A stretch of 64,000 nucleotides of DNA from Laetmonice hystrix (lineage: Eukaryota), in assembly GCA_965235115.1 (NCBI GenBank), contig OZ249436.1, positions 47,866,001 to 47,930,000 on the forward strand. The letters are read 5' to 3'. The notes under the pieces were generated by a model. That model saw nothing but the letters and a program-made list of their open reading frames with translations. It was not told the origin of the DNA and searched no databases. This document shows positions 12,691 through 25,020 of the stretch, piece after piece (position 1 is the stretch's first letter; each line of letters starts with the position of its first letter). Position numbers and translations under genes: made by a program.

Positions 12691-14535
12691 AACCTTCCCT
12701 TTAAATGTTTGATGGCATTGTCTCCATCAGTCATTCGTTTCCCATTCATGCGCATCAGAGGAAAAACAATCATTGTAAGGTATACTCCCACTTTTATTCA
12801 AATGTAATAAACTGCTATTTGACCCGTCTACTGGTTCCAATCGTCTAATAATATAATAACACGCTGAAATCAAACCTTTGCAGTTTACAACTACGATTTA
12901 AGGATAAATACAAGTGCTACAAGAAAACAAAAACAATTATTTCGACTCTTCAATATTCAAGTCATGCGACGTATTTTTGTGTACATGGTACTGAGGAGTA
13001 TTTTGATTTATTTGTAATATCACATGTTTGTTGGTAGGGAGAGACATCTTTGGCTATCACAATCTTCATAATTAATAACATACACATGTAACCATATGAA
13101 TGTATATGTATAAAATGTCTGACAACAAAGATTAACAAAAGTTACAGCAACAATGCCGTCTAGATCCATTTTTGCAGGAAAATTCCGTCTTGCCAGTACA
13201 CATTTTTCCGTATGTTACTACATGCAATCTACACACACCTGACTACTTCACAACGCTCTAATATTAAACACTTGTAAATATTATGAGACAACGCGTCCAG
13301 ACTCAAACACTGCTCATTGGTTGTTTACACCAATCTCAAACTCCAATATTTAGGTTTTTATAATTTTATAATTTACTCCATGAATAATTATTTCAAATGC
13401 GGGTGTAATTTCTTTCAGTGCCACAGCATTACGACAGGTGGAATGGTGCAACGAATGTTGTTTTTTTTTAAATAACAAAAGTCCTCCAGATCTCTGTCAC
13501 GCAGACTATAGCTTGTAGACTGAGGTCACCCATACAGCCTTTCTCAAAGTGACACGGTCCTGTAACTGATCGTGACTTATCTTTTATGTTTTCACAATTG
13601 AACTGCAGTCAGAACTACACGACTGATTTTATCTGGGTGATTCCTGTCAAAATGTCTGATTTTGTCTTGTTTTGAAGACCTTACCACAGGCATGTTAAAG
13701 TATAGCCATTCAGTTACAATTTCCAATGAACACTATGTTTGATCGAAAATATGTCACGCAATAGAAAGGCCTTATTCAAGACTCCATATAAGATTAAGTA
13801 TGCTCGACTTGGCATTTTGCCAAGAAGAACACATTAACGGCCATTGGCTTGTCATGAAAGTGGAATCCCACAAATTACTCCTCTCTTGGCAACAACTCCT
13901 TTTTGATAAATAACAGGAATACAAAGGTAGCAACACTAACACACTTGGACAAACAGTTCAAGTGTATTTTGATTTTTGTTTCTTTACAAGTTTTTTCTTC
14001 CTCTTCAATTTCACCTACAGCCAGCAGAGCACAGAAAGCATGGACGCACACTACCGCCCACACAGGCCAATACTTTAGAGCAATTCCACGACTTTATATG
14101 AAATGGTAGGTTTTCATTTCTAGCAATTCCATTCTACTGAAACACAATCTACAGCTGACCTGGCATACTGCTACATGGTTTTCAAAACTGCGTCCTAACA
14201 AAATGACCAAATATTCACTTATTTATGATTCCAATGTAGAACATGATTTAAGTTTTCACTCTTTCAGAACACTAAGCAGGTCTGAATCCTGGATTTACTT
14301 GGGGGGGGGGATTAGACTAGAGAACAGAGGCAATGAACCTACTCAGAGACCACACCAAATATCTTTTCTTCATGCCTCAGGGGGGCCATCCCCCCAGATC
14401 GGGGCCTGCTAACTAAGGCAATGGTTGCTCTTAATATGAAACTTCACTGCATTATGAGGGGGGGGGGGGTACTCTACAGGTATTAAACAGATGATAGGTC
14501 CCTAATATTAAATATCTTTAGGGGACACGTGTGGT

Positions 14536-14694
14536 CTAGGTATAGAATATGATTTCTGGGAGTTGTCCATCCTCCACTGATGTTCCGTTGTTGTTGCCTG
14601 CTGCGTAGGTAAACTGAAAGGTGACCTTGCCAGAGGTCACGGACTCATGGGTCACTTTACGAAGACCTTTGGTACCATAGTACGAGTCAGGACC
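14536..14694 (-). CDS. BTBD2: BTBD1/2-like coding exon 4 ([14 protein letters not shown]...[10 protein letters not shown] stop)
   Basis: Acceptor atttgcag and TAG stop at 14538-14536. The conserved family C-terminus is present. Confidence 0.93.
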   Translation of the reverse strand, partial: GPDSYYGTKGLRKVTHESVTSGKVTFQFTYAAGNNNGTSVEDGQLPEIIFYT

Positions 14695-15232
14695 CTGCAA
14701 ATATAAAGTGACCTAACATTATTATCTAAACATCACATCTTGATAGTAGGAGACAACTCCTATTGTGGATTTACTCCCTGGAGTATAGATCCATGAACTA
14801 AGATAGGAGGGTGCTTATAACTGTTGACCTCTGTCCATTAGTTATTTTCCTCCTTTTTTTTACCCATATATACCCGGTACCTAAATTGCCACTGCACAGC
14901 AATCAATGTAATGTTTATTCCAACTAAAACCTCTATTCTTCAGATTCAATTTTCACTTCAACAAACCAATTACTATAATTGCCATACATGATACTAGTCA
15001 ATTCACAGAAGCTCCAAATTAATTTCAATTTAAGAAATTAACCTATGTCTAATCAGATAGCTAAAGAGTGAACTCGGGCAACTATAGTACAGTTGCCTAT
15101 AGATAGTACAACAATAGTATAGGCTGTCATAATATGACTTAATTCCAACAAATATCTACTTGCTGTATGAGCCACACAGTCAGCAACTCACCAAATATCT
15201 AAAGTTGCCAGACACAAAAAAGCTTTACCCAC

Positions 15233-15379
15233 CTTAAGAGTTGCACATGCTGTATAAATTGTGTTGGGCTGAATCTCCACAGGTTCTTTAAACATGACCC
15301 GAAATGTAGAAGTTGACCCATCACACTGAAAGCTGGTGTCATTCTGTCCAAATACTTTGCCAGTGTCGGTGTGAATAAT
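15233..15379 (-). CDS. BTBD2: BTBD1/2-like coding exon 3 ([52 protein letters not shown])
   Basis: Acceptor tttattcag and donor AAG|gtgggt. 147 nt, phase 0-0. Confidence 0.93.
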
Positions 15380-15480
15380 CTGAATAAAGAATATTAGTTG
15401 AAAAATATCTATTCTATAAACTCATAGGCTAAAAACATTATTCCCATATCTATACATGTGTGCATGTTGTTTGATTTTAA

Positions 15481-16085
15481 AGAGACGCGTCACTTTTCTC
15501 AGTGGCGCCACCTCGTGGCAATTGACGAACTCTATTTTTACACGTTGCAACGCGTTTTTTATGTCACTCAATGCTGTCAACAACACGACAATGCAGAGGC
15601 AGAGTCAAGTCTGGCCGCTTCGCATCCCAGAAACAGTTTGACAAAAGGCTTCACGATGCCAGAAAAATGTACTTGACTATGTGTTTTAACATTGGAGTCT
15701 ATGGGACCGATAAGACCCTTGGTAGTGAAAATATCGATATCTCATGAATTTCCATGGTGACATATGATTTTTTTTAATCTAAAGTGTTCAAAACAAGTCA
15801 TACAACAATTCTGAGAAGTATTTTCAGAATCTCTGGGTTAGAAATGTCTGAAAAAAATCTTCTCTCTTCTAATTCGAACCAAAAATTTCACATATCTCTC
15901 TCTACTGTAGACTGTAGTAGTGCGAGTTGAAGGCCTATCTTCAAATGCTCATAACTCAGGATCCGATATGGTGACCCGCCATTTTCTTTGCACCAAAATA
16001 CTCGAAAAATGTAGAATTATTTTATGTGAAAGTAGCCTGAAAATCTCTGGGTCAGAAATGTTTGGCTTATTGGTGTCGAGTCCCT
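15481..16085. mobile_element. Non-autonomous Kolobok-like DNA transposon in a BTBD intron
   Basis: TTAA on both flanks (15477-80, 16086-89), AG...CT ends and imperfect TIRs agagacgcgtcac / gtgtcgagtccct (10/13 match). Confidence 0.6.
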
Positions 16086-16362
16086 TTAAACCAACTTTCG
16101 TAATCTTGAAGTGCTAAAAGCAGTATGCTGACTCTAAGACTGCTCTTGCCAAATGTAATGTTCAACTATACCCCCCCCCCCCCCAAGTCATTTTTAAGGG
16201 CAGGACCGAAAAATTGGATAATTTTTAATTTATTAGCCTTCATGTAATATTTCTCAATCTTATTCTGGAAGGTCAGAACCATAAAAGTCAAAATTATTCG
16301 CAAGCATTAATTTGTGTTACTTTTGTAATTTATATTATATGCCTGGTCTGCCCGGTACTCAC

Positions 16363-16450
16363 CTGTACATTCACACCATATTCACTTGGACCATGGATGC
16401 TACCATACAGACCAAAGCCAACCACAAAGATTCGCCGATTGACCATGAAC
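16363..16450 (-). CDS. BTBD2: BTBD1/2-like coding exon 2 ([32 protein letters not shown])
   Basis: Acceptor ttttgacag and donor CAG|gtgagt. Phase matches exon 1. Confidence 0.93.
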
Positions 16451-16746
16451 CTGTCAAAAATAACAATCTAAATTAAGGCAATCATACTCAATGCTAGGTA
16501 CTCAGGGCCCACTTAGCTCCAGAGGTGGGAGAGACAGTTTCTGCACCTGTAGGCCTATAGATAGGAAAATATGGCTTCTCAAATGCTGATCAATACACTT
16601 AAAGGGTTAAAAATAGGGCTGGCTTGGAAAACTGCTATTTTTATTTTTTGTCTAAAACAAGCATTTAAAAGGACCAATTAGTTACTAAAATAAATAATTT
16701 TCACATTTATTATAGAAATTCAACAAAATGTGGGGAAAACACCCAC

Positions 16747-18263
16747 CTTATGCGATCACTTGTACCACTGTAACCCCATCGACTCTCAATCTGGCAGAAT
16801 CTTGCAACAACTTGCTCCTTGCCAGTTAGGCAACATCTTGGGGTATCAAGAAACTTTACAGCTGGCTTAGGATTCACAGTGAAGTGCAGAAACAGCTCCA
16901 CTACCTCCCGGTCAGTCAGAATACCAGACTGCGCAGCACCAACAGCAAACTCTTCAACAGTCATCAGTGGGAATCTAATCAAAGATAAAGCATTGCCTAG
17001 AGCATTGCGCTGATTTTCTGGAGTTACCGGGAGATTCTGGCGCTGTGATTCTGCCCCAGCCCAACGGCATACAGCACTAAACAGTTTACATTCCCGTATA
17101 CCAAGTGTATCACGTTCAAGTACAACGCAAAGTGTATCAAGGTCTATGTCAGTAAACCCCTCAGCACTTAGAGCTTCACTTGTGTTCTTGTCTATCGTCT
17201 CAAGGCAAAGAGCAGCAAGCTGAGGTTCATCAAATAGGCGTGCCTGTGTCAGAAGCATGAAGGCATTTTCACTACAGAGGTTTTGCTTTAGAAATTCTAC
17301 ACAAGCCCTTTCAAGGGCTGGCACTGCATACTTTTTTGCAGTATATAAAGTTGTCATGACTGTTTCTGGACCAATCTGAACCTCATCAGTGTATAGAAAG
17401 CGAAGGAGTGCCAAGAAAGCTGCTGGCTCTACATCAGGAATCTCTACCTCCTGAGATGTGGTTGCCATGCCACCATTGAACATGGCATCAAATACTGCAC
17501 TGCTGATGGAAAGAACGAACTTATGTGCTGGTATACACTGAGCATGGGGACCCTTTCCAACCAAAAAGTGGACATCGGCCATGACTTCGTTGTTGAACAT
17601 GAATAAGAGACGTTCTTTCACTGTTGTCCTCGAGGACTGCCAATTGTACGGAGCATGGTTTGGGGGACTCTGTTGACCTCTCTGAGCAGCTGCAGCTGAA
17701 GCAGCCATAGCCATGGCCTGTACACTGGTACATCCAATGGCAATGTTTGCCTGACCGATCGGGCTGTGGCCACTTCCATGGCTGACACTGGAACCAGCAC
17801 TGACATCTTCCAACTGGAGATCGTCCTCTAACTGTTGCTGCTGGGACGACAGGGGAGCACCATGGTGCTGCCCACGACTTCTACCATGCTGGCGGTTTGC
17901 ATTGCCTTGCCCTCCATGTCCATGCTGGTGCTGCCCGCTACGCCCTAATGCAGAGCTCGACGGGTGGTTAGCATTTCCACTAAGGTTTGAGAAGTCCCTG
18001 GAATTGTGTGCTACGCTGCCTGCCCCCCCGAGTCCAACACCCGTGGAGACGTTGTTGCTCGCCGCCTGGCTCTGGGCATGATGTCCATGGTTGGCCCGGG
18101 CTGCATTACCAGATGCCGCCGCCGCCGCGCCGTTTCCGTGGGGGTCACTGCTGTTGTCACTGTTTGATGTGGCAGCAGACCTAGCCTGGCTACCTCGTGC
18201 CTCCTCGGACTGGGATGGAGAGGACGATGAACCATCCCTCGGTGAAGGTTGTTGTTTATCCAT
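16747..18263 (-). CDS. BTBD2: BTBD1/2-like coding exon 1: low-complexity N-terminus, BTB, BACK and start of PHR
   Basis: ORF 16710..18263. Homology ends at ...GTSDRI(R), followed by the donor AG|gtgggt at 16747/16746 (phase 2). Confidence 0.95.
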
Positions 18264-19496
18264 GCTATTTCAGTATTTGCTGAGGTGTTATGTTTACAAA
18301 ATACTGTTACTGCGCTCGTCAATGTCGAGTGACAGTGCAAGGCAAGTGTACTGACGTGGGCTGCAGGCAGTGCAGCCAACGGCAACCCGCTGGCTTGGCA
18401 CCCCTTCTCACTGACTTACTTACTCCATCTTTGCAAACTGCTGTACTTTCCCTGGAATCCACTATTCCGATTAACCAGATTCCTTTGGCGTTGGGGCAGA
18501 ATCACTGGGCATCAGTCCTCTCAAAAACAAACCAGGCCCCGCCTGTTTGGATTCGTTTGGAGAGGATTACACACTTGACCTTCGCATTATTCCGGAAGTG
18601 TCTAAAAGGTAAGTTCTTCGTGAACCCCAAAGTACATAAAATAATAATGCCGTACACCGGCAGATGTCGTTTTAGACCGAGGGTGAGCCTATTCAGGACG
18701 GCTCCACCAACTGAGGTGGTTTGGCCTCCTAGGCCTAGGCCTATGCCTAGGCCTCCCGGATAGATTATAGACTAGGGTCGAGTAGATTTAACCATGAGTG
18801 GGCCACTTTTAGGGGTCTCATAAAAGATCTTGGGCTCATTGCTGCCACTAAATGATAGACTAGGCTACATGTATTCGAGGGTGCTTCCATCTGGTGTCAG
18901 TAATTAGGCCTAATCAATCAAGCAAAAATCAAGCATTGTCTATGGCTTTAGTGAAATGTTTATTGGCATTAGCTAGGCTTAGGCCTAAGGCCTATCAATC
19001 AGTCACCATGTCACGTGTACACGTGATTATAATTCATCATTAGGCAGTCCGCACGTTTTGTAGTTTATGTCAGATCAGGAGACCTCTATAGGCCTAATAC
19101 AAAAATTAAAAATTGCGTGTATCATGGTCCATTTGGTGGAATCGGTCCGTTCGTGGCCTGAATAGATCTGTACCGTGCATGCGACCTCTGCCGGCATATA
19201 TGTCAGTCCCTCGGTGCTGCCGTCTGGTGGAAAGATTGTCATGTGGCTCCACCTATGAATTAACTGAAGAAATGCTATCGTTTTGGGGAGAGTGAAGTCG
19301 CGGCCTCAGACATGCGTTAGTTTACGGAAGTCATTCGGCTCCAAAACAGAGCATCGCAATCGGGGCACCCCGCCTCGCCCTAACATGGATCGTTACCTAT
19401 GCGTATGACACCCAGAAATAAACCTATTGCACAACATTGGACAGTTGTCAGTATCCAAAGCTAGAAACCCAGGAACGCAGGTTGAAGAGCGGGAAA
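18264..19496. promoter_or_regulatory. Inferred shared (bidirectional) promoter and 5' UTR region
   Basis: The divergent start codons are 1233 bp apart. Transcription start sites cannot be located from sequence alone. Confidence 0.6.
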
Positions 19497-19578
19497 ATGT
19501 CGCGACTGAAGAAGATGCAGGACGATATTAAGGCGGTGATCAGCACCTGTGACAGCCAGCCCAACTGTCCCTTCCAGA
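19497..19578 (+). CDS. PARP8: PARP8-like exon 1 (MSRLKKMQDDIKAVISTCDSQPNCPFQ)
   Basis: ATG in aaaATGT context, resembling the human PARP8 N-terminus (SRQERIQKDIDVVI...DCLF). Donor A|gtacgt, phase 1 matches the next exon. Confidence 0.8.
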
Positions 19579-19740
19579 GTACGTAACAACTTGAGAAACT
19601 CAAACCCGGCCATGCCATAGGGCAAATATATCAGATATCTCAAGAAATGATAGCTGTCTAGTGAACCGTATAGATGCCTTTTAAGTTTAGGCAGAGGCTG
19701 TGTTGACTTCTATTTGGATGATTTATCTGCCTCTGAAAAA

Positions 19741-20432
19741 AGGGTTTCCGCCCGAAAAGAAATTAGGGTACGGACCAGAGGAGGGGTTAGGGTTAGGATT
19801 AACATAACCCTAACCCTAACTGCTGTTGCATATATATGTGAATTAATGAAATAAAGACTGCATATACTGTTTGATTCCTCCAAGTTGCTCAAGGAGGTTT
19901 TTATCGGATGCACGGCATATGAGCCCGACGCGATTTGAGCCCATCACTTGAGCCCGCCGGGTTTAAGAGGGTCTCGTCAAAGCAGACGGTAGTGGCACTG
20001 TGCCGGTTGGTGTAGGTCAGCCAATTATAATCCAATTCTCGGCAATTTTGGTTAAAAGATCCTAGATCCGCCTAGCCCTATCCCGCTCTCTACCAGCCGA
20101 GGCCCCTGCTTCAACCAGCCGAGGCTGAACCGACCAGCGAACGGACCAGCCGAGGCCCCCTAAAAGCCCCGGCAGCGAGCGAGTGGCCGGCGGGTCCGCG
20201 GCAGTTTGAGCGAGTATAGGCTAACCGAGCGGGCGAGTAACTGGCCACCGCTTCCTCGCTCACCCGAGGGCTCATATGACGGGCTCATTTCGCGGTGGGC
20301 TCAAGTGACGTGATACCTTTTTATCACTTCATGGAAAAATGGTTACCCAGCGATTTTTAGGGTACGGATCCGTACCCTGGAAAAATTTTAGGGTACGGAA
20401 TTTTACCCATTTTACCCTCTGGCAGAAACCCT
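19741..20432. mobile_element. MITE (TIR agggtttccgcc / ggcagaaaccct) hosting a nested MITE
   Basis: 12-bp TIR with 1 mismatch, repeated ttagggtacgga at both ends, aaaaa on both flanks. Confidence 0.6.
19906..20317. mobile_element. Nested MITE with an 8-bp target-site duplication
   Basis: tttttatc at 19898-19905 and 20318-20325. Three tgagccc motifs at the left end are mirrored by three gggctca at the right end. Confidence 0.8.
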
Positions 20433-20479
20433 AAAAATGTCTCTTTGCATTTAGTTTTGGCGGAAAGTAGCTGATGCTA

Positions 20480-20631
20480 CAGGGCTCGAATTAACCGGGT
20501 TCGCATTGCAATTTGCATGTCAAAATCAGTCTATTGCGAATCAAATTATGAGATGAGTCGCAAAATAATACCTAAACAGGATAACTCAGTTGTTATTGCG
20601 AATCAAAATTTTTTAATTATTTTGAGCCCTG
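20480..20631. mobile_element. MITE with CAGGG ends and a 5-bp TSD
   Basis: TIR cagggctcgaattaa / ttattttgagccctg, with tgcta on both flanks. Confidence 0.75.
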
Positions 20632-22686
20632 TGCTATGCTGGCATAACCCTACCCCTACCGGTACCCCTAACACTATCCTTCCCTGAATTTCTTAGCCAT
20701 GTGTCACAGTCAGTATTCAGTCAAACTTGTACACCCTTTTGTTATTTAACCAGCCGTTTGTCAAATAGACATTCCCGTAAGGTTAGGCAGTGTATATTTA
20801 GCCGGCAATGGCTAAAATTTATTCAATAAGGGATGATGAATATCCTAAAATACTGTACTCTTGCCCTGTCTACAGCCCCCCTCCCCTGGCAGAAAGTTGA
20901 TAAAGCAACTGCTCACTTATACTGATGCCCATACATAGTGCATGATAGGTTGTTTCTATCCACCCTAAATCATTCTTACATAGCATTAGCCTGAGCCAGG
21001 ATTATCTTAACAATTGAATGTTTCCATAAAATCATGTGTAGGTCCATCTAAGAAAGCATGGATTCTGCTCCATATTTTTGTTGGTACTCCACCAGTTACA
21101 GTGTTCTCCTCAGGATGAAAAGTGGCACCGGTGGTGTCCCACATGTAGCAGTGCAATTTGCCGAAGGCGAACATGCGTGGGGGGGGGGGGGGGGGGAGAA
21201 GGGGTGGGGGTGAATGGGGTGGACCCATGGGACAGCAAACTAGCACAAAATAAAATATTTCAGAACCCCTAATTCCACAATATGTTACTACATCCAATAT
21301 GAGGATATAACATGAAACACAAATGAATATATTAGGGTTTATAAATTATAATTTCTGCGTAACCCACTAGGTAACCTTAGGGCTCTCCAGAAAGTTGTCA
21401 AGTAACCGAACGATGGGTTACCATGTCTCTTTTAAGGTGAATGGAAAATGGGTTAAACCAATTTCCCTTATTCTCAGGCCTGTAATTGGGAGCTGTATTT
21501 ATCGAAGATCTATAATGTTTTTACTTTCAGATACACTGATCAGTAATCATTCTCCTTGAGATCTGATATATAAGTCTGGTGGTAGTAGGGCGGGGAGGGG
21601 GTGTGATAACGTAAATAAACAGGTCATGGTGATTAGAAAAGCATTGCATGTGCACGGTCTACTTTCTCGGAGCACTTTACAGGAAACCCCTGCACCATGG
21701 TTGGGAGGGGGTAGATGCACACGGTGCCATTGGGGAAACTCTTGCAACAAGCACAGGTCAAAAAGTGATATCATATATTGATTAAACCTTGAGACTGACT
21801 TTGAGGTTGCCTTATCATGCCACAGGGGATCAGGATGTTACATTGGAAATTCTAACTCGGTGAAGTACTTTATAACTTTATGTCCAAAGAGAAAGTTTTT
21901 CCCCCATGTTTTCCTGCTCGGTGTGTGTGATATTGACATACGCCGATAAGAGTGGACCAGGCTGGGTTAGTGGGACGCTCAAAGTCCATGACAGTGAATA
22001 GAAACATGGAAAAAACGTGTATGCTGCCTTTCACTCTCAGTAAATAAAACTCATGATTTAGTAGCAAAGATAGATCTACAAAAAGCAAAAGAGAAACTAA
22101 ACATCTGGAAATGTCCATTAGATCTATCTGATATATGGCTCTCACAGCTGGAATTTTATTGTAATTAGAGCAAGGTCACTGTTGACTGAGGTCTCATTTT
22201 GAACAGAAGTTTGACACCAACTCAAGGCAAACATATCATTCAAGGCACACCAAGGCAGTTTTTCTGGGAGAGTGATGATCTCATTAGGCGTTCATCCCAT
22301 GAAGTTCATAGTTATTTTCTGGTCTATTCAATTTGTTTTCTATACCAATGGCTGCAGATAGTAGGCAGCATCAGAAACAACCACAAGAGTTGTCAGAGTG
22401 TTACAGTGTGACTGGTTCAATAAAAGCCAGGGACGGCCCATTTTTCAAATTGATTACTTGGGCTACAAAATTTCACTTGCCTGGTTCTGACATCTACATG
22501 CCCTCTATACTTGTTATTAAGTCTATGTTTTGTCAGAGGCAGAGCACTAGTTATTGGGCTATTGTCTGTTGGACTTGCCCGACCATTCTAGCAAATTGCC
22601 CCGGACGTCGGGCGATACGAATCGGCCATCCCTGAAAGCTCTTACCTATAACCTAACCATTTCACATATTTTTCTCTTGATTCCAG

Positions 22687-22788
22687 ATTTCGTAGCATTT
22701 GACCACGCTCTTACCTTCATATACACAGATGTAGACAGAGGCCATCGGCAAAGTCAGTTTACATTAAACCTCTCGGAGGACTACCCAG
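22687..22788 (+). CDS. PARP8: PARP8-like exon 2 (FVAFDHALTFIYTDVDRGHRQSQFTLNLSEDYP)
   Basis: ttccag acceptor, G|gtaggc donor. SEDYP motif as in PARP8. Confidence 0.85.
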
Positions 22789-22930
22789 GTAGGCAAAATC
22801 TTTGTAAAGCATAGAATATTGGAGAATGAATGTCTAGTAGGTTCTAGTTCTAGTAGGTTTTTAGCCAGGAAAATGGTAGCATTGACACAGTTATGAAGTT
22901 AACAACATTCCCATGGGTTTTTTTTTACAG

Positions 22931-23020
22931 AACACACAGTAGTATCCTGTTCAGATCGACCAGATGAATCAGAAACTACTGATGACAGGGTGCAAGTCAT
23001 CTTTAACCAGATAGCAAAGA
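22931..23020 (+). CDS. PARP8: PARP8-like exon 3 (HTVVSCSDRPDESETTDDRVQVIFNQIAK)
   Basis: ttttttacag acceptor, gtaagt donor. VIFNQIA resembles PARP8 VIFHRIA. Confidence 0.85.
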
Positions 23021-23505
23021 GTAAGTATAAAAATAATTAAAAACAAAATGTATAAAAAAAAGTTTAGTTTAAGTGTACCTCGAACAAGCGTGAAAAATAA
23101 GGATGTTTTGTAAACTAGACTTGTAGCAGATGAGCAGTTTTTATACCATCATAGTATCTGATAGGATTCTGAAAGAATTGCCAGGGCACCTTATTCCCAC
23201 TGAGAGAAAATACTTCAATAACATAACTCATCAGGATACTTTTATATTGATAAGAAAAAATGTTTTTAGATAAAACTTTTGACCTGGCATAAATTTATAC
23301 ATGTATTTCATAATCATTGCTGGTGGGAGCAGTCTTTGAAAATTTATAAATGACCATGGTCATTTGCAAGACTTGTAGAAATTTACATCATTTAAGGGAA
23401 AAATTCACCTTATACATCAGCAGTATATGTTTATGGCACTTAAATCAGTGAGCTTAGTCACTGTTGGTTTCGTGACGTTTTCATAGTCCTGAAATCTATT
23501 ATTAG

Positions 23506-23687
23506 GTGTGCAGCAGGAAGTTCGGGTGCCGCTGCAGGAGTCACCAGTAACCGATGGACCTGCCAGTTGTCATTCCGAGAATGGACCACAGCTAGTTGAG
23601 AAGATGATGAGTAACAGTTCCCATTACTCGGACTGTAACTCTGACATCACATCAGATGACTATGATGACTATTACAGTGAGGGAGAG
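23506..23687 (+). CDS. PARP8: PARP8-like exon 4 (acidic linker ...SDDYDDYYSEGE)
   Basis: ORF 23508..23693. The attag acceptor gives the right phase and the donor is GAG|gtatga. The 5' boundary is less certain. Confidence 0.7.
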
Positions 23688-24409
23688 GTATGATCTCGCA
23701 AACAATGGAAAAATGGTGGCTTAATGCAGGACAAATAGTAGGCTAGCTTGACTGGGTTTTAAAAAAAAAATACGGAGGGTTTTCAGAGAGATGAGATTTT
23801 TCTGCTGATTGGCAGTCCTGACTTAAAGTCCTGTACTAAGTAAATGGTACGATCAGATTTCCCTGCCATTGACTTAATGGCGGAGCCACGGTATAAAAGT
23901 GGGTCAGGGGGCACATGTTCATATCTCTGCTATCCTTACTGCTGTACACAGCTCTCGGTTATAATTGCTAATATCTTTGTCCCATCTTCTAATCTAAAGA
24001 TGATATTTATCAAATACATGTATGTGTAATAAATAACTTACTTTAATTTTAAGATGTCTCAAAACATGTGTTTTAGATGAATATATCCAACTTGTAAAAT
24101 ACGTTAGGTTTGAAATTCTAGAGTGAGCTGTCAATCACTCAGCTGAAGGGGGTGATGGTAGTGCAAAATCTAGTGCATAGTGGAGGCTCCTAGCTCACTA
24201 ACTCCTCCCTCCTCCTTATCTCACCCTAGGTCACGACCTGACCCAGATTACGGTGGGGACCCACCGAAGATTCGCCTTTAATGAATTTTAAAAAAAATTA
24301 AATTTGAAAAACTTTTTTTAATCAGCTGTATTAAAATGTTATAAGAAGACAAAGTGATATTGTGCAGTAAGCTTTCTCATGAACTGTATGGTTGGTGGTG
24401 TGCCCTCAG

Positions 24410-24504
24410 GAGTCTGAAGAAGACGACCTCCATATGCACCCACTGTTGGCACAGGACATGGAGATGGCCCGCGCCCTCTACGGCGAGAAGTCACTTTCAC
24501 ACAG
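24410..24504 (+). CDS. PARP8: PARP8-like exon 5 (ESEEDDLHMHPLLAQDMEMARALYGEKSLSH)
   Basis: Matches PARP8 LHKHPQLEADL..VREIYG. ctcag / gtcagt sites. Confidence 0.88.
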
Positions 24505-24746
24505 GTCAGTCAGACCCCCAACTTTCTTTAACTTGCAGAATATCCAGGCAGGATTCAAGATTTTTCATTATTGCCAAATGGGTCAAATTTCAAGAAATGT
24601 GAAGTAGTTTTTTTTATCTAAGGCATATAATTTAAATGTGATCATGAGTTAGCAAATTTAGAAATGAAAATTAGAGATTAATATCATGGAGATAAAGTAA
24701 AGATGTTCCCCAGCGTATTTGTTAAAATTACCTTTATTGATTTCAG

Positions 24747-24807
24747 GTTATTCGGCTTAATAGATGACATTGATGTTGAGTTACATATAGGAATGTCATT
24801 CTTAGAC
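24747..24807 (+). CDS. PARP8: PARP8-like exon 6 (LFGLIDDIDVELHIGMSFLD)
   Basis: Matches PARP6/8 YGAIDDVDIDLHI..SFLD. tttcag / gtaagt sites. Confidence 0.9.
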
Positions 24808-25020
24808 GTAAGTAGAGAGGATGGACTCTGATTTATCAATACATGTATATGTTTGCCATGTTTAACAATGAACTTCTTTTTCTTTCTTTTTTTCCAAAAA
24901 GAAAGATAAATTCTGTAGCCTTTAGAATTTCCACAGGAATGCCTAGTGTGCTGATATATCAAAATGAGTGATCTGATATTATATGCCATCTTTCCTGTCA
25001 CCTTGTTGCTGCCGCTGCAG

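Larger units (their letters stand above)
14536..18263 (-). other. BTBD2: Gene span: BTB/POZ domain-containing protein BTBD1/BTBD2-like (BTB-BACK-PHR, CUL3-adaptor family), 4 coding exons, 636 aa
   Basis: Exons of 1517+88+147+159 = 1911 nt join in frame with GT-AG sites. Motifs [56 protein letters not shown] and the C-terminal [19 protein letters not shown] match BTBD1/2. It is probably the single invertebrate co-orthologue of BTBD1 and BTBD2. Confidence 0.95.

Noticed and set aside
18290..18763. 157-aa plus-strand ORF between the two genes
   Set aside because: No recognisable motif. It is antisense to the presumed BTBD 5' UTR.
19783..19820. Telomeric (ttaggg)n sequence
   Set aside because: Only a few units inside a MITE. 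Similar short tracts at ~11870, 37290, 53720 and 56600 mostly also lie in or beside repeats.
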